A DNA stretch of 26,392 nt from a virus. Lineage: Duplodnaviria; Caudoviricetes. The notes under the pieces were generated by a model. The model did no database searches, was not told where the DNA came from, and saw only the letters and a list, made by a program, of their open reading frames with translations. Both the position numbers and the translations under genes were made by a program. Shown here one piece after another: positions 18,686 through 26,392 of the stretch (positions are counted from its first letter, which is position 1; each line of letters begins with the position of its first letter). The stretch lies in the IMG/VR virus record IMGVR_UViG_3300017697_000082, positions 1-26,392 of that record; one strand, 5' to 3'.

Positions 18686-19525
18686 TTACATGAATGTTAT
18701 TCGAACAACGCCTGAGCCACCTTGTCCAGATCCACCTGCACAGCACTTAGCCCAGTTATTACAATATGAACTAACGCCTGGCATTCCACCGCCTGCTGGC
18801 CACTCAATGTGACAACCGCAGTTACACCATGCTTCGTTAGTTACTGATACTGTCATTTTACCAATTAATGGAGGTTGTCCTGATCCTGAATACTGATACA
18901 CACAGTGACAGTAACCATGTCCTGGTTCCCATCCTGTTGTTCCCATCATTCCAAAATCTGCTCCAAAAATTCCACATCTATTACAGTTTTCACAACCAAA
19001 GTGAGTGTGTCTTGGACCCCATGCGTCTCCATTACACATCCATCCACCACAGCCGCCTACTGTACAAAAATTACTTAGATTATGTCCGTTTACATAACTC
19101 TTACAACCCATACCTGCACCACAAGTATGTGCTTTACCACATGGCCAAGCACCACCAGCACATACACTGTACTGACATCCTGGAGATGTAGCAATAGTCT
19201 TAGACCCGTAATTGCCTCCTGCGCCGCCAATTGCAAATGAACAACAATTACAACATGTATGTCCTGGGCCTCCGCCGCCGCCCGACCAAATTTCAAATGT
19301 TACTGTACTTACACCATCTGGTACACACCAGTAACAGCATTTTCCGTTTGCTTGTTGACAACAACCTGATTGTCTAGCACACTGATGACATTGCATGCCA
19401 CGTTCATTGTAAATCCATTGTACGCCCATGTTGTTACCATTACCGTGTGCGATATCAGCGGATGTAATTGTTCCGTTAACTATACTGTCATTTGCTACTT
19501 TTTTATAACTTGCGTATGTTGCCAT
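18686..19525 (-). CDS. Cys/Gly-rich tail-tip/adhesin-like protein, paralog 1 (30 Cys)
   Basis: W.VP.GV..VTFEIW.GGGGG...GGAGGNY..KTI...PG..YSV..GG...GGSGVVRI is the glycine-rich phage tail domain pattern. Cys counted by hand. Confidence 0.78.
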   Translation of the reverse strand: MATYASYKKVANDSIVNGTITSADIAHGNGNNMGVQWIYNERGMQCHQCARQSGCCQQANGKCCYWCVPDGVSTVTFEIWSGGGGGPGHTCCNCCSFAIGGAGGNYGSKTIATSPGCQYSVCAGGAWPCGKAHTCGAGMGCKSYVNGHNLSNFCTVGGCGGWMCNGDAWGPRHTHFGCENCNRCGIFGADFGMMGTTGWEPGHGYCHCVYQYSGSGQPPLIGKMTVSVTNEAWCNCGCHIEWPAGGGMPGVSSYCNNWAKCCAGGSGQGGSGVVRITFM

Positions 19526-19537
19526 TTCTTATCCTTA

Positions 19538-20374
19538 CTATGCGAATGTTATTCTTACCATGCCTGAACCACCCATATTGCCACCTGCACAACATTTTGC
19601 CCAGTTACCACAATATGAACTCTGTCCTGTTTGTCCGCCACCTGCAGGCCAGTTAACATAACATGCACAGTTACACCACGCTTCTGCGTTTGCACCTGCA
19701 CTGTGTTTACCTACAAAAGGTGCTGATCCTGACATTCCCCAGTCTGCTGATTTACATTGACATCCACCGTGTCCACCTGTTACACCGGTTGATCCCATAA
19801 TTCCAAAGTCTGCTCCAAAAATTCCACAAATTAAACAGTTAGCACATGTTTGTGTATGGTTTGGTCCCCATGCACCACCGTTACACATCCAACCCGGACA
19901 TCCACCTACTGTACAAAAATTACTTAGGTTGTGACCATTAACATAACTTTTACATCCCATACCTGCTACACAAGTATGTGATTTACTACAACGCCATGTT
20001 CCGCCTGCACAAATTGAATATGTACAACCTGGACACGTACTAATAGTTTTTACTGCATAGTTACCACCTGATCCACCTGCTGAGTGTGTACAGTTGTTAC
20101 AGCAAGTAGCGCCTGCGCCACCGCCTCCACCTGACCAAATTTCGAATACTACTTTTGAAGTGTTAGCTGGAACTGTCCAGTAACAACACTTACCATTTGC
20201 TTGTTCACAACAGTCGCCAGCATCTGAACATGCATGACATTTAATGCCACGTTCATTATAAACCCACCAAACACAATATTTGTTACCAGCACCTGCACCT
20301 AGTTTAGCCGCCGTAATACTATTGTCTTGGAAGTTGTCTGCTGTTAATGTTTTATAACTTGCGTATGTTGCCAT
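19538..20374 (-). CDS. Cys/Gly-rich tail-tip/adhesin-like protein, paralog 2 (30 Cys)
   Basis: Colinear paralog of both neighbours (shared NERG, GMGCKSYVNGHNLSNFC, NWAKCCAGG). Confidence 0.78.
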   Translation of the reverse strand: MATYASYKTLTADNFQDNSITAAKLGAGAGNKYCVWWVYNERGIKCHACSDAGDCCEQANGKCCYWTVPANTSKVVFEIWSGGGGGAGATCCNNCTHSAGGSGGNYAVKTISTCPGCTYSICAGGTWRCSKSHTCVAGMGCKSYVNGHNLSNFCTVGGCPGWMCNGGAWGPNHTQTCANCLICGIFGADFGIMGSTGVTGGHGGCQCKSADWGMSGSAPFVGKHSAGANAEAWCNCACYVNWPAGGGQTGQSSYCGNWAKCCAGGNMGGSGMVRITFA

Positions 20375-20386
20375 TATTTTCTTTCC

Positions 20387-21226
20387 TTATACAAACGTTA
20401 TTTTTACTATGCCAGATCCACCTTGACCTGAACCACCTGCACAACATTTTGCCCAGTTACCACAGTAACTAGATGTTCCTGGAACGCCGCCACCTGCTGG
20501 CCAAACAATATGACATCCACAAGCACACCATGCTTCGTTAGTAGTTGTACCACCGTAAGTTCCAATACCTGCGGCCGCTCCTGTCCAACCTGTTTGTCCG
20601 TGACATCTACAAGTTGTTGTACCTGCTTTAATACCCATACCGCCCATCATTCCAAAGTCGTGTCCAAAAATTCCACAAATCAAACAGTTAGCACAGTTTG
20701 TTACAGCATGTCTTTGACCCCATGCATCTCCATTACACATCCAACCGCCACAAGCACCAGTAACACAAAAGTTACTTAGATTATGACCATTAACATAAGA
20801 TTTACATCCCATGCCTGCTGAACATGTATGTGATTTACCACATGGCCAACTACCGCCAGCACAAACACTATATTGACATCCTGGATTAGTGTTGATTGTT
20901 TTAATTGCATAGTTTCCGCCTGCGCCACCAATTGCAAATGAACAACAATTACAACATGTATGTCCTGGGCCGCCACCTCCGCCGCCCCAGATTTCAAATG
21001 TTACTTTGTAAACATTGTCTGGTACACACCAGTAACAACATCTACCATTTGCCTGTTGACAACAGCCACTATGTCTAGCACACATATGGCATTGCATACC
21101 GCGTTCGTTGAACACCCATTGTGTTCTACGACAAGCGCCAGCTCCTGGTTGCAGTTTAGATCTAGTAATAGATCCATCTGGTATACCTTCTGACGTAACC
21201 TTTTTATAACTTGCGTATGATGCCAT
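20387..21226 (-). CDS. Cys/Gly-rich tail-tip/adhesin-like protein, paralog 3 (31 Cys)
   Basis: Colinear paralog with an AAGGA RBS. Confidence 0.78.
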   Translation of the reverse strand: MASYASYKKVTSEGIPDGSITRSKLQPGAGACRRTQWVFNERGMQCHMCARHSGCCQQANGRCCYWCVPDNVYKVTFEIWGGGGGGPGHTCCNCCSFAIGGAGGNYAIKTINTNPGCQYSVCAGGSWPCGKSHTCSAGMGCKSYVNGHNLSNFCVTGACGGWMCNGDAWGQRHAVTNCANCLICGIFGHDFGMMGGMGIKAGTTTCRCHGQTGWTGAAAGIGTYGGTTTNEAWCACGCHIVWPAGGGVPGTSSYCGNWAKCCAGGSGQGGSGIVKITFV

Positions 21227-21246
21227 TTACGTTTCCTTAATAATTC

Positions 21247-21696
21247 TTATACAGTAAAGATACGCCATCCGTAGCTATCGCCCGAATAAACAATATCAAA
21301 TGCCGCGCCTTCTGTACTAACAGTTAAATCTGCACTATCACCTTGGATTAGCTTACCGTTTCTACCAATTGTCAAAGCATTGGAATCAAAAGTTTTTCTT
21401 AAGTCGAAGAATCTTATGATATCACCTGTTGCTGGACTGCCTGGTAAAGTAACTGTAAAGCCGCCACCGTTAGTGTCACAGAACAACTGTTGTCCTGATT
21501 GTGCCGAAAATGTTGTTGTTACTGTCACGCCATTAAGAACACCAACTGGTAACCAAGCTGTACCATTGTATAATTCTAAGTTTGTTAACTCAGTATTAAA
21601 CCTTAGTGCGCCAGCTCCTGCGTCTGTTGTTCTTTGTGCCGTAGTTCCAAAAGGGACAGTTAAACCTGGTGAACCTACTGATAATCTTCTTCCCAT
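21247..21696 (-). CDS. Small tail-fibre-like protein
   Basis: GTTAQR...GALRFNT....ELYNGTAW fibre motif, followed by DT..GGFTVTLP.SP..GD.I.F.D...F..N.LTI.RNG..I.G, which resembles T4 gp34 proximal-fibre repeats. Confidence 0.75.
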   Translation of the reverse strand: MGRRLSVGSPGLTVPFGTTAQRTTDAGAGALRFNTELTNLELYNGTAWLPVGVLNGVTVTTTFSAQSGQQLFCDTNGGGFTVTLPGSPATGDIIRFFDLRKTFDSNALTIGRNGKLIQGDSADLTVSTEGAAFDIVYSGDSYGWRIFTV

Positions 21697-21716
21697 TGCT
21701 TTATCCTATCCTTATG

Positions 21717-22043
21717 TTATGCCGCCGGTACGGCTGTTTCAATACCCATAACCATTGAGGTTACAGATGCTTGAGATGATCTTACCACAACTTTTTTAGT
21801 TGCGTCAATTACAATACCTGTTCTCTCAAGTACGCCATTTGGACCAACGGATACATCATACTCTAAGTATTCTGCCGCTCCTGGTGTATCTCCAGTACTT
21901 GTTGATAATCTAATGTTTGCTGTGTTTGTACCTCTATTACAAAAGTTCACAGTAATAACACTATATGTATCAGCTGGTACTGTATAGATCGTAGTATTTG
22001 TATTTGCTGAAAGATCACTTGATCCTAATATTCCTGATGCCAT
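21717..22043 (-). CDS. Small beta-sandwich virion protein (hypothetical)
   Basis: 108-aa ORF with an AGGAG RBS. TTIYTVPA...V.FCN pattern is common among small structural proteins of aquatic myoviruses. Confidence 0.65.
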   Translation of the reverse strand: MASGILGSSDLSANTNTTIYTVPADTYSVITVNFCNRGTNTANIRLSTSTGDTPGAAEYLEYDVSVGPNGVLERTGIVIDATKKVVVRSSQASVTSMVMGIETAVPAA

Positions 22044-22062
22044 TTTATTACTCCTATGTTAG

Positions 22063-22070
22063 TATTTAGC
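22063..22070 (-). promoter_or_regulatory. Putative T4-like late promoter (GCTAAATA)
   Basis: Intergenic TAAATA core ~20 nt upstream of the start codon at 22043. Confidence 0.45.
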
Positions 22071-22072
22071 CA

Positions 22073-25000
22073 TTATGTTTTACTTGTTAAAAAGTAAGCA
22101 AATGCAACTGGACTTCCACTTACACCGCCGTTAAAGTTCATTCCCGTAGTTACGGTAATTGGACTATTATCAGTAGTACCTATTGTATTACCAGTAATAT
22201 TTATTTTACCTGCTGTAACTGCGTTAACGTTCAGAGAGCTACTACCTCCACCAATCTGTGAATTGATATATGTAATAATTGCCCTTTGTGTCGGAACAAC
22301 GTTATCTGAATTAGCACTAAATGTACCATCTGTACTAAATTCATTAATAACAGCGCCGCCTTGTCCTAAGCCAACTGCACCTAGTGACAATTCTTGTAGT
22401 CCTGCTAAACTAAATGCACTTGTATTCAAGCTCGCAGATCCTGTTGACTGTTCAACGTTGAACAATCTACCAACTCTAAAGTTACCATCTTGGTCAGTAC
22501 TTGTGTAGAATATTCTACCTCCGCCTGATTCTTGAACTTCATCGTTCGGATCGTTAGCAACAGACGGTGTTCCTGGGTAGTTAGTACTTGCAAAGTTACC
22601 TGTACCAATATCTAGGAAGTCGTGTCCTGTTAATCTTACTTGACTAAATCTCTTTCTTATTGTAATGTTAGTACCATGCTCTGGAGCAGTTTCAACTCCT
22701 AAGTCTGGTGATATTTGTAAGTTAGCAGTATAGTTACCTGCACTACCTAACAATTCTCTAACAAACACAATTTTAAAGAATCTATCGTCGCCATCGAGTT
22801 GTAAGTTTGCACCTTCAGTTGGAACGTCACTCATTCCGTAAACATTCATAAACTGTGCTGATTGATACAAGTCAGCATATCCATCGCCGCTTACTGTTCC
22901 ACCAGCTGTTTCAAAGTCTATACCTCTTGATGTCCATGTAGGCTGTGTTAGTACACCGCTACCAATTCTACACTGCCACGGAACTTCAGTAGTTTCGCTT
23001 GGGTCTGTAATTGTTAGTGTTGGAGTACTTGTATAACCGCTACCTGGATTAACAATGTAGAATTGTGTAATTCTTCCAGTAGTTACACCAGCTCTAACTT
23101 GTGCCCCTGATCCGCCACCGCCAATAACTTGGATTCTTGGCTCAATACTGTATGCTGATGTAGCATCAAGTGTTGCCGCGATACCGTTAGTTGGATGCCA
23201 TGTTTCCCATCCTGCCGCGTTATCACTTTCTTTTGCAATACTTGCAACTTTAGTACCTGGATTGTATGCACTAATAAATCCATACTGTCCTGCACCTGTA
23301 CCTGCTGTAATTACAACTCTCATACCAATGTATTTTGTACTGTTAGCTGTTTCAGTGTTTGATAATGTAATAGAAGTTGTGTTACCACCCTGTGCAGTAT
23401 TTTCACTGCTTGAGTAACCTCTACCACCAATTGAATCAGCGTCATTAAACAGTCCGTCACTGTTAGTATCTTTTTCGTTATAACTAGATCCGTCATCTGG
23501 GTTACGTAATCTAACTTCAAACAATCCGTTATTAACAACGTTTGCGTTAGCAACTACAGCACCATAGCCGTCTCCACTAATTGTATATGTTGCACTTGTA
23601 TAGTTGTTACCAGCGTTAGTATATTCAAAGTGAATAATTTGACTTCCGTCTGTTAATGCTCTACCAATTTGTGCTTCAAGTTTTCTGTTGTTTACACCAC
23701 CGGTTGTTGGAATCTCAGTAACGTCAATAAATTCTGATACTGCACCTTTGTCACCGTATGAACAGTTACCATTAGTACCACGTATCTTACCGCCGTTTTC
23801 TGCAAGGTATCCAATATGAGCATAGTATGAGAATACTGAAACAAGTTCTGCTCTACCTAAGTTAGTTACCCATGCACCAATACCATCACTTAAGATTTGT
23901 GTAAAGTCGTTAGCAACAATCGAATCGTTACCACCGTTGTGTATTGATCCGTCTACTTTTAGTCCAATACATGCTGTACCAAAGTTTGTTACACCTTGTA
24001 CATATGGTGAACGTGATGTAATCCATACACGATCGTCATCTGGTCCCCATCCTGGATCTAGTGAACAATATGCTCCTGCTGATGGACGTTTAGTTCCGTA
24101 AGCGTTTGCACTTCCTAATGTTCCTGTTAATCCACCTAGTGTTTGGTTTCTAATACCTGTACCATCTCTTAGTAAGTACATATTCTCTGTTGCAGATCCG
24201 TTTACACCATTACCATAGTATAGACCCATCATTAATGTTGCATAGTTACTTCCTTCACCTGTTCCGTGAATTAAGTCATAAATGAAAGCATCTACATAAT
24301 AACCTACATCTCTTTCACATTTTGCTTCGTTAAATGTGTATGAAGGATAGTTTACATTAATGTATTTTGTAACATCACGTCCGATAAACGCTTTGTTTAA
24401 GTGTAATATTCTAGCCGCCGCAAACTTATCTTGGTCATCTACTCTTGCATTTACACCTCTAAATGTTGGTGCAGTACTATCGCCTGATGCTCCGTTAACT
24501 TGATAATCAACTTGATCATATAGTTCTTGTGCTAAGTTTGTTACATATGTAGACGAAGCTGAAGTACTCCAAGGCTTACTAACATTCTGTGTAAGTGTGT
24601 TACCAGTTTGTCTTGTAATACTTGTACCTTCAATTATGTCATCAAGTATTGATTTCATATGTAAAATACCAGCTAGTGAATATGTTGTATCACTTGACTG
24701 TGTTTGTTGACCTGCTGGTTCAACTCTTGTACTACGTAATTCGTCACCAACAATAGCTGTTAGTTCCGGAACTCTAATAGGTAGTACTTCGGTATATGTT
24801 CCTGTTTTAACATAGATAACTTTGTGTGTTTTCTTTGCTGTAGGAACTGTATAACCTGCACCTAGTGAAACAGCTGATGTAATAATAGCCATACTTGCTG
24901 TTAATTCTGCTAATGCACCTGGTTCTTCAACTCTTGTAGCGTCTTTGATTTGTAAGTATCTATCACCTGATGCAACACTATCTAAATCTTGATAGTCTGC

Positions 25001-26392
25001 CGCTGGAGTAGCACTGTCTAGTACATCTTCTACTAGATCGATTACAAAGTTAAGTGCCGCAACGTTTTGTGCTTCCGAACCTGTTGTAAAGTAATCTGGA
25101 CTTACATTGTCTTTCATTGCTTGTGCAACTCTAACAGTATGTACATTTCCACCTTTTTTAAGATCTAATACAATACCGTCTAGAGCAAAACCTGCTAGTC
25201 TTTGGAACTTAGCTTCATCAAAAGCAAAACCAATAAAGAATGGTGATGTCTGTGTAATGATTTGTCTCTTAGCCCATTTAGCAGTTTCATATGCTATAAA
25301 CATTCTGTTTTCTTCTAACAGTGATGCCGCATTTGGATTTTTAGGTCCGTTTTCAATTGCCTCACAAGCGTAACGAATTGATTTCCAAGGACGATCAAGT
25401 GTTGCGCCAGCTGTTGGGAATTTTTCGCTTGCACCATTAGTTGCAACATAGTAAACATCTGGTGTTAATCCAAAGTCTTTCCATTCAGGTATTCCACTTG
25501 CACTTACACTTAGTACTTGACCTTCTGAGCCAATTGGTAATCTTGCAGGTCCTGATCCTGAACGATAAAGTATATCACCTTCAGTAGTAATTGCTGATTC
25601 TTCAGCACCACTTGCTAGTGTGTTCCAATATGTACCATCATCTGCAGATGGTTTATTTGAACCGCTTGATGTGTGTGCTAGAATACAAATGTAACTTATT
25701 AAGCCTTCACGTACTGTGTCACCTGCATCATATAATGTAGCAGTTGTCCACCCGTTTTTCCATTCAATACCTTGGTTAAGTCTTGACCAATAAGTAGAGT
25801 TTGGTGGGCGTTGTGCTTGGTTGTCAGCAATAGCTAGGTAAGTATAACCACCTAGTCTAACAACGTCACCAATTCTATAATCTTGGTTAGATGAATCTTC
25901 TCCCCAGTCGCCTCTATTATTAAATCCTGAAGTTACAAGATCGTACTTACTGCTTGATGCTGGATTTTCTGCGTAAACATTATCGTTAGCAACATATTGG
26001 TTACCACCGTAAGTTACAAAGTCACCTGGTTGATATCTTTCATATGGATTCCAAGTGTTTTCAAATTCTAGTCCTGGAACAAAAATTTCCCAATTTGCAA
26101 TATCAGCTTGTAGTGTACCTAATTGTGAATCTGGATTTGTAGCAACTGATGTATGATGAGTTGTACAAATATAAAGTGTAGCACCAAACATAACAACGTC
26201 ATTAACTTTATAGCGTGTTACATTAGTCCATTCACCTAAGTAATCAAACCCTTTGTTTAGATAATCCCATTTTGATTGATCTGCTTCAAGGCCGTTTGCG
26301 GCTGTAGCATTTGAAGTATGTCCGGTGTTACAAACATAAAGTGTTCCACCATACTTAATAATGTCATTAACTTTATAACGAGTTGATACAGC
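22073..26392 (-). CDS. Large virion structural/tailspike-like protein with CBM5/12-like repeats and pectin-lyase-like beta-helix (partial, >1439 aa)
   Basis: The frame stays open upstream of the track's Met at 26191 to the window edge (AVSTRYKVNDIIKYGGTLYVC...). It has VYYVATNG...PWKSIRYA, IYVKTGTYTE.LP...IVGDELR, RSPYVQ...NDFTQ and C-terminal GHDFLDIGTG...TSTDQDGNFRVG. Confidence 0.88.
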   Translation of the reverse strand, partial: AVSTRYKVNDIIKYGGTLYVCNTGHTSNATAANGLEADQSKWDYLNKGFDYLGEWTNVTRYKVNDVVMFGATLYICTTHHTSVATNPDSQLGTLQADIANWEIFVPGLEFENTWNPYERYQPGDFVTYGGNQYVANDNVYAENPASSSKYDLVTSGFNNRGDWGEDSSNQDYRIGDVVRLGGYTYLAIADNQAQRPPNSTYWSRLNQGIEWKNGWTTATLYDAGDTVREGLISYICILAHTSSGSNKPSADDGTYWNTLASGAEESAITTEGDILYRSGSGPARLPIGSEGQVLSVSASGIPEWKDFGLTPDVYYVATNGASEKFPTAGATLDRPWKSIRYACEAIENGPKNPNAASLLEENRMFIAYETAKWAKRQIITQTSPFFIGFAFDEAKFQRLAGFALDGIVLDLKKGGNVHTVRVAQAMKDNVSPDYFTTGSEAQNVAALNFVIDLVEDVLDSATPAADYQDLDSVASGDRYLQIKDATRVEEPGALAELTASMAIITSAVSLGAGYTVPTAKKTHKVIYVKTGTYTEVLPIRVPELTAIVGDELRSTRVEPAGQQTQSSDTTYSLAGILHMKSILDDIIEGTSITRQTGNTLTQNVSKPWSTSASSTYVTNLAQELYDQVDYQVNGASGDSTAPTFRGVNARVDDQDKFAAARILHLNKAFIGRDVTKYINVNYPSYTFNEAKCERDVGYYVDAFIYDLIHGTGEGSNYATLMMGLYYGNGVNGSATENMYLLRDGTGIRNQTLGGLTGTLGSANAYGTKRPSAGAYCSLDPGWGPDDDRVWITSRSPYVQGVTNFGTACIGLKVDGSIHNGGNDSIVANDFTQILSDGIGAWVTNLGRAELVSVFSYYAHIGYLAENGGKIRGTNGNCSYGDKGAVSEFIDVTEIPTTGGVNNRKLEAQIGRALTDGSQIIHFEYTNAGNNYTSATYTISGDGYGAVVANANVVNNGLFEVRLRNPDDGSSYNEKDTNSDGLFNDADSIGGRGYSSSENTAQGGNTTSITLSNTETANSTKYIGMRVVITAGTGAGQYGFISAYNPGTKVASIAKESDNAAGWETWHPTNGIAATLDATSAYSIEPRIQVIGGGGSGAQVRAGVTTGRITQFYIVNPGSGYTSTPTLTITDPSETTEVPWQCRIGSGVLTQPTWTSRGIDFETAGGTVSGDGYADLYQSAQFMNVYGMSDVPTEGANLQLDGDDRFFKIVFVRELLGSAGNYTANLQISPDLGVETAPEHGTNITIRKRFSQVRLTGHDFLDIGTGNFASTNYPGTPSVANDPNDEVQESGGGRIFYTSTDQDGNFRVGRLFNVEQSTGSASLNTSAFSLAGLQELSLGAVGLGQGGAVINEFSTDGTFSANSDNVVPTQRAIITYINSQIGGGSSSLNVNAVTAGKINITGNTIGTTDNSPITVTTGMNFNGGVSGSPVAFAYFLTSKT
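25625..26392 (-). repeat. At least five tandem ~50-aa W...Y..(G/N)D.V..GG..Y.C...HTS...W repeats (CBM5/12-like)
   Basis: YKVNDIIKYGGTLYVC, YKVNDVVMFGATLYIC, YQPGDFVTYGGNQYVA, YRIGDVVRLGGYTYLA and YDAGDTVREGLISYIC. Confidence 0.8.

Noticed and set aside
18686-21226. Multiheme cytochrome, metallothionein or RiPP-precursor reading of the Cys-rich proteins
   Set aside because: No CxxCH motifs (they are CHxC, CxCH, CC), no signal or leader/core organisation, and a full-length Gly-rich tail domain lies next to a tail chaperone.
18686-21226. Diversity-generating retroelement or CRISPR-like array
   Set aside because: No reverse transcriptase, no adenine-specific template/variable pair and no regularly spaced short repeats. 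The repeats are whole coding paralogs.
8278-25373. Remaining short overlapping ORFs on either strand (e.g. 9348-9539, 11280-11609, 18868-19191, 19090-19296, 20776-20997, 21380-21751, 23083-23553)
   Set aside because: They overlap well-supported genes. The similarity between 19090-19296 and 20776-20997 only reflects the paralogy of their host genes.
1-26392. Stop-codon reassignment, tRNA/rRNA genes, introns/inteins or transposases
   Set aside because: Genes tile densely under the standard code with intact domains, intergenic gaps are short, and no such signatures were recognised.

Overview
AT-rich, gene-dense segment of a large tailed dsDNA phage genome, most like aquatic T4-like myoviruses (host not determinable from this window). 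All credible genes are on the minus strand. In transcription order (right to left): a >1439-aa repeat/beta-helix virion protein (5'-truncated), two small tail proteins, three tandem paralogous ~279-aa Gly-rich tail-tip-like proteins with 30-31 Cys each, a tail-fibre assembly chaperone and a terminator. Next is an ~9.5 kb, 11-gene cassette of tailoring enzymes: GT9-like glycosyltransferase, five Fe/2OG-oxygenase-fold proteins, sulfotransferase, carbamoyltransferase, flavin-dependent halogenase, SGNH-like protein and GmhB-like phosphatase. More baseplate/fibre genes follow, including a gp9/gp10-like fibre ending in a cupredoxin-like domain and a >1860-aa modular virion protein (3'-truncated, missing from the ORF track). 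The main candidate novel system is a late-expressed modification cassette with no core synthase, embedded in the tail module next to extremely Cys-rich adhesin-like proteins. It may decorate virion proteins or a virion glycan. Family calls rest on motif recognition only; no searches were run.
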